In this document: positions 21,314 through 33,768 of the stretch, in pieces
How positions within the stretch are numbered: the stretch's first letter is position 1
Layout of the letters: every line of letters starts with the position of its first letter
Assembly (NCBI GenBank): GCA_964199315.1
Contig: OZ116712.1
Coordinates: 3,596,001-3,660,000, forward strand
Direction of reading: 5' to 3'
DNA from: Orbicella franksi
Taxonomy: Eukaryota
Length of the DNA: 64,000 nt
The notes under the pieces: model-generated
What the model was told of the DNA's origin: nothing
What the model saw: only the letters and a program-made list of their open reading frames with translations
Database searches by the model: none
Translations under genes and position numbers: made by a program

Positions 21314-22148
21314 AAAAAAAAATAAAAAAATAAAAAACATACGTGTACGTTTACCATATTTGCAGAACATGGTATAATGGCTCATATACCATGATGGCTA
21401 AGCCAATGAAAACTTTTGAATGCATAATCGAATGATTTCAATAATGTAAGTTATCTTGACATAGCAATTTTAGGCCAAAATAATCGCGCCTCGTGGAAAT
21501 GTATATTTGTACTGTCTTTTGTGGCATTTCAATTAAGGGAATTGAGAAAGTTTTTCTCTTAATGGTTAAAACAGGACCAGTTAGATAAAAGAAATCAGAC
21601 AAATTTGATTTTAACATGCATGATTGAAACTAGTTGCATCATGAACAGGCTTTCTCGAAAAAAATATTTGCAATAGTTTCATTTACACCGGTTTTCATTT
21701 TATACGGCTAAATCAATTAATTCAGCAATAGAAGTCTCGAACGTTTAGCAACGGGGATGGCTGATTTCGAACCTTTTTGACTAAATTGTGTTACAGCGTG
21801 GCTCGTTACATCGAGTAAAACCTCCTGTGTTTAGTCGGCTCAAATTCATCTTCATTGCAACGAGCTGTCTTTTTATTGCTAGTTATCTGGACGAAAGATT
21901 CCTTTAATATATATGTACTTGTACGTGTTTTTCAGAATAGGTGGCATACCCTGGGTGTGCACGGTTTGACTAAATGTAAGATTAGCTTAATTAGGAGAAA
22001 GTTCTTTATTGGGATAAACGTGTTTTTTTATCCACTAAGTTGAAATTTCCTTCTCGTATAAATGAAGGCAATAAATGCCAAGTTGTAATCTGAGTTATTT
22101 AAAAGGAGGAAACTTTAGTGATATTCAACTTGTTCTCCTTATCTAATT

Positions 22149-23078
22149 CTATTTGAGGAGTATTCGTTTGACAAGAAGTTTCACTTCATTTCGAATATCT
22201 TTCATTCTCCACAAGTAGAGAAGAGGATTAAGCAAAGCAGACAGAAACATAAACAAGAAAGAAAAATTTATAGATAAGACGACTAGTTCATTGATCAAAA
22301 CTGTCGATATTCCCAAAGAGATGGCGGCAGGGATATAACCCATGTAGAAAACAACAAGTATATAGACGATTGAGAGCACGGATTTCTTGTATTTCGTCAC
22401 GTTAATCGTTGGTTGAGCAAAGTTTTCAGACATCTCGTTCGCCCGGATTTGCTGCTGATGGCGACGAATTATTCGAAAGACTTTCAAGTAAGCTACTGAG
22501 CTGACAGTTAGCAAGAATGGGACTAGTGAACTGGAAATAACATCTACCACAGGTGTAGAAGCTCTCTTCAATCTTTGGAGCACACGATACACAGTTACTG
22601 GAATAGGAAGGAGAAATAAAGAGACAACAATGATAAAGGCTCGACGCACGTTTATCAGCGACCTTCTGGCCATGTGCAACCACCGTTCAATTGACATGAT
22701 TGTCATAATAAATGCTGTACTGTGTGAAAAGAGCGTGACACAGCCATCGACCATAGCATAAGTTACAACCACGCTCCCTCTAGGTTTTAACAAGTAAATC
22801 AACTCGTTTGTGACATACATAGGCTGGCTGATGAGTCCAGTACCCAAGTCGGTGAGAGCTAATCCAGCGAGCAGAACATAGGAAGGATTTCTCAAAGATT
22901 GGTTCCTCCAAATTGCCGCTAAAATCAGGCCATTAGCCACCACTGCCAGGGGTGATAAAATGGAGACGGCAACTGCTGTGGACAGAGATATCCCGTGAAA
23001 AGCTGAACCATGAATTCGCGCTATGCTTTCAAACTTGAGAAGAGGAGGCAGGGCAGAATGAGTCATATTATTATCCAT
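22149..23078 (-). CDS. Class A GPCR member 4 (309 aa), close paralog of member 3
   Basis: 7TM; shares QIRANEMSENFAQP and the TM7 region with member 3. Confidence 0.95.
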   Translation of the reverse strand: MDNNMTHSALPPLLKFESIARIHGSAFHGISLSTAVAVSILSPLAVVANGLILAAIWRNQSLRNPSYVLLAGLALTDLGTGLISQPMYVTNELIYLLKPRGSVVVTYAMVDGCVTLFSHSTAFIMTIMSIERWLHMARRSLINVRRAFIIVVSLFLLPIPVTVYRVLQRLKRASTPVVDVISSSLVPFLLTVSSVAYLKVFRIIRRHQQQIRANEMSENFAQPTINVTKYKKSVLSIVYILVVFYMGYIPAAISLGISTVLINELVVLSINFSFLFMFLSALLNPLLYLWRMKDIRNEVKLLVKRILLK

Positions 23079-23796
23079 GACGGTCCATTCCTTGAGCAGA
23101 AGACAGTCCAGACTTCACACTTCCTGACTTAGCTGCAGAATAAATTTTGATCGATTTTGACCTGCTTGTTCTAGTTCTAAATTTCGTTTTTTGTTTGTTT
23201 TATTTCGGATCGTTTCATTGTTTCCTTATAAACGTTGTGATGTTAAGCTTTTAAGGCCTTAGTGTCATATAATTGTCATATTTATTTGCTGGGTCAATTT
23301 ATTTCGCACAACGAAGTGAATAGCAGCTGCCGAGGACTTTCCCATAATATTATGATGACAAGAGGTCCATTATTCGAGCTCGGGCCACAATGGTGGTCAT
23401 TCAACATGTTCACAGATGATTGGGCAGTTTTGTGAGACCATAATTGTTGTATCAACTTATTAAGACTGGTTATAATTAACCATCAAAATCTAAGTTCTGA
23501 CAAGTGCTGAAAACTGTTTTGAGCCACTTTAAACCGTCTTTTATTTCTTGTCGCATGGCTACATATTCATTAATTAAATGCACTACATTATAACAACTTG
23601 AAAAAGGATGATTTCCCAAGCTCTACCAAAAGAGTGGATATATTCTTTAGAAGGCCTTTTTTTGCCTGTTTTCTTCTCACACAAGAATGTTTTTTTTTTT
23701 TTTTCTAGCTTTAGGTTTTTGTGCAGTTATTAACTATACTTTTATAACTATTTTATTATTATAACTATTCTATTATTGTTTATGATTTGTGCACCC

Positions 23797-24022
23797 GAGC
23801 TCGTTTCTCGAGAGCCCAGTAACTTTTCGGGCTCGCAAGGCCATTTTTAGATAATCTGTATCTAAAACCAGAGAGGTGTATACGACTGAAACTCCTTGTG
23901 TGAAGAGAACCTTCGTTCATATTAAGAATATCTGAATAAAACAGGTCTGTAATCATAAGATTTGAGATTCTGCTACGGCTTTCCGGGTTAGAAAACTTTT
24001 CGGGACCTTCGAGAAACGGGCC
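23797..24022. mobile_element. MITE
   Basis: TIR GAGCTCGTTTCTCGAGAGCCC / GGGACCTTCGAGAAACGGGCC. Confidence 0.75.
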
Positions 24023-24250
24023 CTAAGGCCGTTATGAAAACCGCATATTTGCTGTATGCGCCCTGTTTAAAAATTATTATTAGTAGTATCTAGAAAATTT
24101 AATTCAAAAACGGACTGAATACACTGGGTTGAAAGGGTTGTAATGCCAAGTTGCTGAGATTTCGTTAAATGTTAATACGTTTTACTTTATACCGTGAGCT
24201 AGGACTTGTGATTACTGGGAAAGGTAAAAAGTGTAACAAAGTTCATTTAC

Positions 24251-25195
24251 CTAGTTGCTTTTACAGAATATTCGTTTACGGAGCTGTGCCACTTCATCTC
24301 TAAGATCTTTCATTCTACATAAGAAAATCAGAGGGTTAAGTGAGGAAGACAAAAACCCTAGCAACGCAGACACATTGAAAAACAGCAACTCTACGTCAGG
24401 GTGTGTCAACACAAAGGATGACATAATTAGTGGTATCAGTATGGGAAGGTAAGATATATAAAAAATTGCTATGATATAAAGAATTGAACACACAGATCTT
24501 TTGTACTTCACAAGGTTGATTGCTGGTTGAGCAGTGTTTTGCGCCAATGTATTTACCTGGATTTGCTGCTGATGCCGACAAATTATTCGAAAAACATTGA
24601 AGTACGAAACTGAAGTAACCATGATACAAAGAATTAAAAGGATTACAGTAACAAATTGCGATTCATTTGTGTAGTAGTAGACTGCTGACGGCAGCATAAA
24701 GGACAGGAGTAGCAGAACAATAAAGCAGACTCGACGAACAGTAAGCCAGGATCGACGAGTCATGACCAGCCATCGTTCTATTGACATCAGTGTTATCACC
24801 GACACAGTAACCTGAACAAAATATGTGGCAAGACCGTCGCCGATAGCCTTTGTTGTCAGGTAAAACTTTGGCCAGCTGGTTGTGTCATGATAGTTAAACC
24901 GAGGATCTGAAAGGTAGATCAATTGATTTGCCACAAAAAAAGGCTGGGAGATGAGTCCAGTGCAAAAGTCGGTGAAAGCCAATCCTGCGAGCAGAATGTA
25001 ACAAGGGGTTCTCAGAGACGACTTGCTCCAAAGTGCCACCAAAACCAGACCATTTGCCACCACTGCAACGGGCGATAACACAGCAATGGGAATCAAAAGT
25101 GACAGATTCACCACATACCAAGTATAGCTGTCGTGTTTCGCTTCACGGTCAAAATTAGACGGCTGGTGAAAAAATGCGCTTGTGTTGTTTGACAT
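24251..25195 (-). CDS. Class A GPCR member 5 (314 aa from MSNNTS)
   Basis: First ATG at 25195; SIERW, SYLP, LNPLIF (NPxxF variant). Confidence 0.93.
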   Translation of the reverse strand: MSNNTSAFFHQPSNFDREAKHDSYTWYVVNLSLLIPIAVLSPVAVVANGLVLVALWSKSSLRTPCYILLAGLAFTDFCTGLISQPFFVANQLIYLSDPRFNYHDTTSWPKFYLTTKAIGDGLATYFVQVTVSVITLMSIERWLVMTRRSWLTVRRVCFIVLLLLSFMLPSAVYYYTNESQFVTVILLILCIMVTSVSYFNVFRIICRHQQQIQVNTLAQNTAQPAINLVKYKRSVCSILYIIAIFYISYLPILIPLIMSSFVLTHPDVELLFFNVSALLGFLSSSLNPLIFLCRMKDLRDEVAQLRKRIFCKSN

Positions 25196-26789
25196 GGAGA
25201 CTTCGCGAGTTCGACTCTCCCGTAGCAATCTTTTCTCACAAACAAAGCTCTTCTAGATAAGTTGTAGAGTTATGGAAAAGACCGGAATTTAACGTGTCCC
25301 ATATAGCACCGAAAACGAAACCCGCTGAGCAAAGTTAATTTTACTCAGTTAACTCTTGTTCAAAGATAAGCCATATTTTCTGTGGAGAAAGAATGAAACA
25401 ATGTAACGTACTTTTCCCTGTAGATTAAATGCTTTGTTTTGAATTATTTCTTTCAGGATGTATTTCAAAATTTAATGAAATGAACATGATTGAGATGACA
25501 GTATGGCACTGCTGAGATAATGAAATCTACAGCTGAAACTTAAATAAGTGAACTCGTTGTTTTTGCAACCAAGAATGAAACCCGTCAGTCACACACACAT
25601 TTCAATTAAATCTTGAAATCTCAATTTAGTATAATTGTTTGATGATAAAGGAAGTTTTTAATTACTTTCGTTGATTGAAACCAAGCGAGCTTTGTGTAGC
25701 GGATTTCACTAGCTTGGCATCGATACAAAACGTCTGGTTATGTAGTGTCGATTTGTAATTATTTCTTGATTTTAAAAAAAGTAAAATAAACGCCTGCCTG
25801 CTAGTTATGATATTGTCAATTTTGGAATATCTCTCTATAAACATAAAAATTAATCAGCATAGGTTTTTATAAACTACGACTAAATTATGAGCATAGCTGG
25901 ACATTGATTTAATTATATTTAACCAGAAAGGTCTGGAGTGATGGGGAATAATAACATCAAAAATTAATTACATGACGAAGATATTGGCGTTTTTTTTATT
26001 GATTTTCTGGGACAGGGAGGTGGATGGTTTAAGACAATAGAACCTTTGTGAACAAGAAAAGTAATCTTTGAGGCTAAACATGTAGCACCATTGCCTTTTC
26101 ATTAACTATTGAATAATTTTTTGGAAGTTCTCAGACCTTTTTCTTTACATTCAGCGAGAAGTGCTCTACGATATCTAATATTACAAAATAATTTAAGACA
26201 AATGCTTTAAACAAGGACCTTTTCACTCGTCAGCCGCGCTATCCACCTTCCTAAATAATGTGTTTGGATTTTGCGGAGTCTTGAGCCTTTTTAAGAACAA
26301 CAACGACTTCATTTTACAAATGAACTTAAACTTTAATTTTGTTTTCTTTTCTTATATAGAGTTAACAGAATTGCTTACCCCCGCAGCTAGGTCCAGAAAT
26401 AATCTAGGCGGGGGCAGGGGTTCATATAAAAAAGAAAGGAATGAAAGAGAAAAGTAATGTTAATTTACAGCAACATTACAAAAGGTACAAGTAAAACAAT
26501 GTAAACAACTACGGGAAACCGAAAACAAAGTAATAGTGTGATGTGTACATATATAAGCGACTAGAATACTATCATTAATAAACTACAAAAATTTAGATAA
26601 CTTCTGTATCAGTTGGGAGACTTCAATACGCAGTATTGTGCCAAAGCAACGCAAGCGATAATCGTCGAATTTCGCACTTTGGTCTTGCAATATTTCGCCC
26701 ATATCTCGTCGATATCTCGGCGATATATCGCGCATATAAGCGACGCGTTGTAACGATAATTCGACGAGATATCGTCGCTTCCCTTTGAC

Positions 26790-27840
26790 ATCTTAATACG
26801 TCAAGGAGTAGTTCCTTCATTATATTTAGCAATTTAAATTTGATTACTAATTTCACTGAATGTGGGATGGAGTTCCGGACTGAAACACCAAATGAAGCAT
26901 TCATTCGTAGATGATTTGTTGAGGAAATTGTAATTTTTATGATTAAGGTAGTTATTAAAGTATGGTAAATAGTTAAGAAGAGACGACATGGGATATAGTG
27001 TCTTACTTAGTTTAGCAATAATCCTAATTGATTTACTATTTTTATGACAGATGAAGTCGATGTGATTCTTCTTTCATTCCCGAGATATTTGACGACGTCT
27101 TTCATTTCACGAACTATTTGTACACTTGACATGGGGTCAAGGATCGTAATTTGAGGAACAAAAAGCATAGTCTTTTGACGAGGGCGAAATTAACATAGTT
27201 ATATTTCTGTACATTTAATGTCAGTTTATTAGCTTTTAGCCTTTCACTACCTTTGGCAAGCTCTAAACTAACAGTTGATTCAAGGGTATGCAAGTCTTTA
27301 TTTGCATAAATTATACTTGTATCACCTGCAACCAAATATAAGGTAAATTCTGAAGAACATTTATAGATATCATTATTATATAATAAAAACATTAGCGGTC
27401 CAAGGACCGAGTCTTGGAGTACACTACAGAGGGTTTTCTCCCCATTAGAAATAATTTACGTTTACCGATTTCAACTGTTTTTTTTTGGCTAGCTAAATAA
27501 GATTGAAACCAAGTATTTACTATTCCTCTTATACTATAACTTTCAAGTTTAGCTAATAGGATACTATGGTGAACTGTATCAAATGCGTTTTTAAGATCAA
27601 TAAAGATACCACCTGTATACTTTCTGCTGTCAACATTGCCTTCTATAGTATTGCGTGCTGTGTTTGCTTCGAAAATGGTATTGGATGTTATAGAGTATAT
27701 TACTTTTGTCAACAAATTTAGTAAGATTGTTATATATAAGCTTTTCAAATATTCGATTATAAATGGATAACGGCTGGTGAAATAGGTCGATAATTTTCAG
27801 GAAGAGTATTATTGTCATTTTTAATAAGTAGAACAATCTT
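26790..27840 (-). mobile_element. Decayed CR1/L2-type LINE reverse transcriptase remnant
   Basis: Frameshifted peptides IFEKLIYN, GIFIDLKNAFDTVHHSILLAKLESY, SVLQDSVLGPLMFLLYNND (decayed GVPQGSVLGP), LVAGDT (decayed F/YADDT), LKANKLTLN, YLG and NHIDFICHK. Confidence 0.9.
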
Positions 27841-27952
27841 TGCGAGCTTGAATTTTGTTGGGTACAGCCCAGAAAGAATACTATATTAAATGCTTCAGCT
27901 AGGGGTATTGATATAATTGACGTTGCCAGACAATAGTCCTTGGTAGTACAGC

Positions 27953-28184
27953 CCTGGGACCGGTTGTTCGAAAGCCCATTAACGTTAGTTAATCAGAGTT
28001 CAAATTTCTCTCGAATAAAAGTGTTTTCACTGTCCATGTTTCCTGGAGTTTGACATTGGTCAAAGCCAAAATCGAAGGACAAAAAATTTAAAGAGAAAAC
28101 GTCACTGAAAAGTTACAAAATTGAAATAAAAATTTACGCTAATCCTGGATTACCTTAATCGTGCTTTGAACAACCCGTCCCTGG
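27953..28184. mobile_element. MITE
   Basis: TIR CCTGGGACCGGTTGTTCGAAAGC / GCTTTGAACAACCCGTCCCTGG. Confidence 0.8.
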
Positions 28185-28613
28185 TAGTTGCCTTGAAGTT
28201 AAGGATCAGTGTAGACCTCTATCCTGAGATTTCTTCTTTAAGCTGTTCACTGAATGAGCAGCCTCCTTTCCCCTACAGCTCGTTGGCCAGGATTGGGCAC
28301 GCGAGGCACAGTTAACAGAGATGACTGAGTGATGAGCAAACATCATTTAACAAACATCCGAGACACCATGAATGTTTTAAACGAGGAAAAGGATGTTAAA
28401 GAATCAGAGACCAGAGCTGTTAGTGTACAGAGCTTTCTGGCCCGCAGTTGAAGTCGTGGATGCTCATCTTAGGGTTCGCCCAATTAGATCATTTTTTTTT
28501 TGACGCTCCAGTCCATTGGTAGTGAAAGGAATGTGTACAATATGCATTAGGTGTTCAGATTTGAGTTAATAGCTGATTATATACAAACGTTAAGCTTTTA
28601 ATATTGATGTCCC

Positions 28614-29568
28614 TTAGCTGCTTTTGCAGAACATGCCTTTAAGCAGCGTTATTACTTCATTTCGAATATCCTTCATTCTCCAAATGAAAATAAGGGGGTT
28701 TAGCGAGGACGCCAAATACCCAAGCAAAATAGACACACGAAGAATTAACTCCTTCAAGTTGGGGTTCTGCAGAAGAACCCATAGTAAACTTATAGTTAAA
28801 ATTACGGGCAAGTACGTTATATAGAAAACAGCTAGAATAATAAGAATCGTAAAGACAGACTTCCTGTACTTGACAAAGTTGATCGCTGGTTGAACGTGGT
28901 TTTGAGACATCGCGTTGGCCTGAATTTGCAGTTGATGCCGACGAATTATTCGAAACACTTTGAAGTAGGCTACTGAAGTAACAATAAAACAGCATGACAC
29001 AAGTAAGATTATTATGAAATATGATCCTGGTCCATTCGGAAATACAAGTAACGGTAGCATAAGCAGCGACAGCATCACGACAATATAATTGACACGACGC
29101 GCAGTCAGCACGGATCGGCGAGTCATGTGCAACCATCGTTCAATGGACATGAGCGTTATTAGTAAAACAGTAATTTGATAAAAGTATTTAGCACAGCCAT
29201 CGCCGATGGATCTTGTTATGGAATAAAACTTTGGCCATTTGCTTTTGTCTAATGAATTAAACTGATCGGAAGATAAGTACCGAGGCAAATCGTTCGCAAA
29301 GTGGTTGGGAGATGAGTCCAGTGCAAAAGTCAGTGAAAGCCAATCCAGCGAGCAGAATGTAAGAAGGTGTTCTCAGAGAGGGATTCCTCCAGATCGCCGC
29401 CAAAACAAGACCATTGGCTATCACAGCCACGGGCAGTAACGCAGCGATGAAAATTAAAAGTGACAGATTAACTCTATCTAATGCAAGGTTGTGTTCCTTT
29501 GCTACAGAGTCAGAGTTAGAGGTGTTGAAAGAAAGCTGATGAAAAAAATGAGTTGTGTTGTTAGACAT
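28614..29568 (-). pseudogene. GPCR member 6, single frameshift near 29300 (paralog of member 5)
   Basis: N-half ORF (MSNNTT...LISQP) and C-half ORF (...SIERW...LNPLIF) are in different frames; junction CCA-C-TTT-GCG versus CCT-TTT-TTT-GTG-GCA in member 5; no stops in either half. Confidence 0.85.
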
Positions 29569-31456
29569 GGAGCGGGCCGGAGTCTTTGATTTGATTTGAG
29601 TTCTCTATCCCTTTAACTGATAACAGAAATTATTTCATGATGGTCCTTTCGTGATATTTCAAATTATCTGTTTCTAATATGGTCTTATATACACTTCACT
29701 GTACCTAAAGGAAATCAAACGCATTAAAAATGGTACTGCATTCAAAACTGTGTTTTTGTGATTTCCAATTCATGTTGTTTTTTTAATTTTCGTAAATTAA
29801 TAAAATGAAATTTCAACTGCAGTAGTGTGCCACTTGGATTTTAATAATGTTACATGAGTAAATAAAATCCATCAGAAGGACATAAGCTCAATTCATGTTT
29901 TGAAAGCTTATCACGGTTCTCATTATACGCGTGACGAGTAATTTCTAATGGCAGGAGAGATTTTAATTAAAAGTTCAAAGTCTTATTGAAAGCCTTTTTA
30001 AATTACATCGCTGGAGTCACGCGTACACCGTCCAAAAAACGAAACGCTCGCTTTTCAAAACGGTTTTAATCTTGGGCCGATACTGGATCGCTGTGAAACT
30101 GCAGCTTTTGCTCTTGTTGTTTCTTCTAAAAGCTTAAGAATCTCACCTGACGGCCTAATTAATGTAAAGACGACAGAATGTCGAATCATTACACAACGTT
30201 TTTTTTAAATGCGTTGCCGCTACTTTCTCGGTCACAGAATTAAACTATAATGATGCAAAAGTTGTCAAAACCAAATAAAGGCCTATAAAGACCAAACCCT
30301 TATGCTTAAAATCACTTTGTTTAGAACACGAGAGGAAATCCCACCATTCCTTCCTTTAAGCTAAGGTTAGGCAGCGCGTTAATTAAACACGGTATTTGAC
30401 GTTTTTAATAATTTGAAACGCTGTATTTAAGCGTTCCCGTTTCAAAGTGAGCTTTTCTTTCGTCAAATTTATTTGTTTCTGACGGAAGATGCGAACTCAA
30501 TTATTTCCGTTGAAGCTTCGTAAAATTCATATATTTATTTTCTCAAGAGTAAATGCAAGGGTAAATCTCATGCTAGATTTGATGAAGACAATCGTAGGAT
30601 ATCGACAAATGTCATAAAAACTTTATCAATCTTAGCTTATATAAACTAGCCAAACCAGTACCAAATTAATTAAAACTGGTAGATTGGTTTTGATTGATAT
30701 CTATCAAGACGTTTTTTAATGGACTAGGAGTTGGACAAAGGGATGAATTTTTGAGTTAAATATGCTATCTTTTGATTGGCTGTTTAGACAGGTAGGATTC
30801 AAAAAATAAGGCAAACATGAGAAAAAGATTAATTAGATTATTCTGTAGAGTGCTTGAAATTATGTTGTATTTGCTAAGTCAATAAATGTGCTTTTAGTCT
30901 TTCAGTCAAAAAAGGGAAATCAATTTCCATCTCGCTTTGTTTGGATTAGATAACTAAACCGCACGACCTGCATTTTCAAACTGAGTAGAAATAAATGTAT
31001 TATTAAAAACAATAGGTTACAACTTAAAAAGCTGTTGTGAAAATCACTTCGCAATGTCGTAATGTTGTGAAGATTCGCAAGTGAATACATGAACATCATG
31101 TATACTTCTCAAACTCATTAATAATTCATCAAGTTTGAATAAAGAAAATCATGACCGTGACGGTGTTTGGATATCTGATCTTAATTAGCATAGATTTTGA
31201 CGATTTTATTTCTCCGTTTTCTCCTCAGTTTTAGTTTCGATTGAGAAGATATATCAAACACTCAAGACAGTGTTTGACCTGAAAACTCTCTTCTCGGTGT
31301 CTGGAAATGTGGTCAAACACAGTCTTTTGTGTTTGATATATGACAACTCACATAGTTGCGAGAACAAAGCCTAAGTTATTCAGGCTTGAACCTTGAAAGG
31401 GCTCTAACCCATATTATAAGAGTACTGCGAATAAATTTTCTTTAAGTATATGTATC

Positions 31457-32419
31457 CTAACAACACAGTTTCTTAAGCAATTGCCTTACTCCATTTCGAA
31501 TATCATTCATCCTGCAAAGGTAAATAAAAGGATTGACTGACGAGGACAGAAAGAAAAACACATTAGACACCAGAAAAGCTAACTCCACATGTGAATGGTT
31601 TTGAAAAGAACTATGAACACCAAGAAAGACGAGAAACGGCAGGTAACTTAAGTAAAACAATAATACGATGTATAGGATAGAATATACGGATTTCTTGTAC
31701 TTCGCTAAGTCTATTGCTGGTTGACCAAAATTCTGAGATGGTTCACTGGTTCGTACTTGTTGTTGATGATGACGAATAATTCGGAAAACTTTAAAATAGG
31801 CTACTGATGTAGCAAACAGGCAAATCAAGAGAACGGCGATGGTGATGATATTCAATACCAATCCATGCCTTCCCTTCAGGAGTTGAAAGGAACGTAATAT
31901 GGGGGCCGGAATTGGAAGGAGAAACAAGACTGTTAAAGTGAAACGTACTCGACGCCCATTCACCAAAGATCGTCGAGCCGACATGTGCAGCCATCGTTCA
32001 ATCGACATGAAAGTCATAACCAGTACGGTCAAGGCGATGAGGTAGGTACCACAACCTTCAGCAATAATCTTTGCGATGACAAGAAACGCCACAGAATCTT
32101 TAATTTCTTGAGGTTTCTTCAAACAAATCATCTCAGCTGCAACAAAAAAAGGCTGCGTCACTAGTCCTGTGCAAAAATCGGCAAAAGCCAATCCACATAG
32201 AATGATAGAGGAGGTTGTTCTAAGAGACTGGTTCGTCCATATTGTCATCAAAATCAAGGCATTTCCTGTCACAGCTATGGGCGACATAAGAGTGACAATC
32301 AGTGAAATTAAGAATTTAACTGCACTAAAAGCTGAAGTGTGGTCTCTGGCAACTCCGTCAAAGCCGCAAAGGCCGAGGAAGGAACTGTATAGAGATATTA
32401 CAGTCGTGTTATTTGACAT
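31457..32419 (-). CDS. Class A GPCR member 7 (320 aa)
   Basis: 7TM; LAFAD, SIERW, SYLP, VNPFIY. Confidence 0.95.
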   Translation of the reverse strand: MSNNTTVISLYSSFLGLCGFDGVARDHTSAFSAVKFLISLIVTLMSPIAVTGNALILMTIWTNQSLRTTSSIILCGLAFADFCTGLVTQPFFVAAEMICLKKPQEIKDSVAFLVIAKIIAEGCGTYLIALTVLVMTFMSIERWLHMSARRSLVNGRRVRFTLTVLFLLPIPAPILRSFQLLKGRHGLVLNIITIAVLLICLFATSVAYFKVFRIIRHHQQQVRTSEPSQNFGQPAIDLAKYKKSVYSILYIVLLFYLSYLPFLVFLGVHSSFQNHSHVELAFLVSNVFFFLSSSVNPFIYLCRMNDIRNGVRQLLKKLCC

Positions 32420-33141
32420 GGTGATCAGCTCTGAGAGAAGTATTTTTCAAGCACGTTTTTTTTTTTCTTAAGACAATATCAGAAGCTCAAAGAAATAAAC
32501 AATTCGTTGTTTATAATTACTGTTTATTTTTTTCTAAGAGGGCACGGTAACGAATCCTGTAGTCTGATTGGTTCTTAAGACGGCCATGATTTTCCTACCT
32601 CTGATCGCATGACCACGGTCACGGCAATGCACGCGCGATGTATGCGTGGAAAAGGTCAACAATAATAAAAGTGATCTGAGGGAGAGGGAAAGAATAAAAA
32701 AAAATATATATATATTTACCAGCTTAGGTAGTAAACCTCCTTCCTCTTCTATCAGAAGAAGACTAAATTGTGTGCTGGCAAACCAGTTGTGTTCCGGATG
32801 TAACAGTTAATGAGTTGGAAACTTGATAGCGATTATCTCGATAAATGATCTGGGCGCTAAATGAAAATTTGAAGTTTCTGTCACTTTTAGTCTTCATGAC
32901 TAAACAGACTTAATTTCGCCTTCTTATGGTTAATAAAGATCTGAATGCAGATGTGGGATTTAATTTCAAAATTTTACGATGGAGGAAGTAAGAAAGAGAT
33001 AAGCTCCAATGAAAATTAAGGTTTTCCTGTAACGCTTTAAAAGTATGTTATTCCAAGGGGAGTCGTCTTTCAAGGCGCTCAAGACAAGAAAATGAACCGT
33101 ATATGTAGATTAACAGTTACAACTACCACAAGAGGCTTTTG

Positions 33142-33764
33142 AAGACATGAGTGATCATCGCAGTTATATGCACAACTTTAGCAGTTGTGAAATTAAAGCC
33201 TGAAAAAAAAAAAAAAAACAAAAGTAAAAAATAAAAATGAAAAATAAATAAATAAGATAAAATAAAAAAATAAAAAAAATTCAGGCCTGAACGAGATTCC
33301 AACCCATGATCTCTGCGATACCGGTGCAGTGCTCTAACAACTGAGCTATCTAGCCAACTGGCAGCTGATCATATTGTGAGTTCGTTACATACCCGTAGGT
33401 GTTGACGAATGCAAGTGAATACATGAAAGATCATATATTTGAACTGTGGAGAAAGTTATGAAGACATGATTGATCGTCGCAGTTATATACACAACTTAAG
33501 TAGTTGTGAAATTAAAGCCTGAAAAAAAAAAAAAATTCGGGCCTGAACTGGATTCGAACCCATGACCTGTGCGATACCGGTGTAGTGCTCTACCAACTGA
33601 ACTATCAAGCCAACTGGGAGCTGATTATTTTGTGAGTTCGTTAATTTTTTTTCAGGCTTTAATTTCACAACTGCTTAAGTTGTGTATATGATTGTGATGG
33701 TCAATCATGTCTTCATAACTTTCTCCGCAGTTCAAATATATGATCTCTCATATATTCACTTGCA
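33142..33764. mobile_element. Two tandem tRNA-core repeat units; the second (33410-33764) is a complete foldback with ~120-bp inverted arms
   Basis: Arms TGCAAGTGAAT...AATTAAAGCCTGAAAAAA (33410-33530) and TTTTTTCAGGCTTTAATT...ATTCACTTGCA (33645-33764) flank a 72-nt minus-strand tRNA-like core at 33540-33611; a second core lies at 33284-33355. Confidence 0.85.
33540..33611 (-). pseudogene. tRNA-like core (pseudo-tRNA, GGT loop) of the foldback element
   Basis: 7-bp acceptor stem GGCTTGA/TCAGGCC, A-box TAGTTCAGTTGG, B-box GGTTCGAATCC; anticodon stem is mismatched and the loop CCGGTAT lacks U33. Confidence 0.7.
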
Positions 33765-33768
33765 AAAG

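Noticed and set aside
21160-21385. Phe/Ile/Leu/Tyr-rich ORFs
   Set aside because: Translation of the (AAAAT)n microsatellite.
33284-33611. Two possible tRNA-Thr(GGT) genes
   Set aside because: Mismatched anticodon stems, no U33, an anticodon not normally used in eukaryotes, and location inside repeat units; treated as pseudo-tRNA cores.
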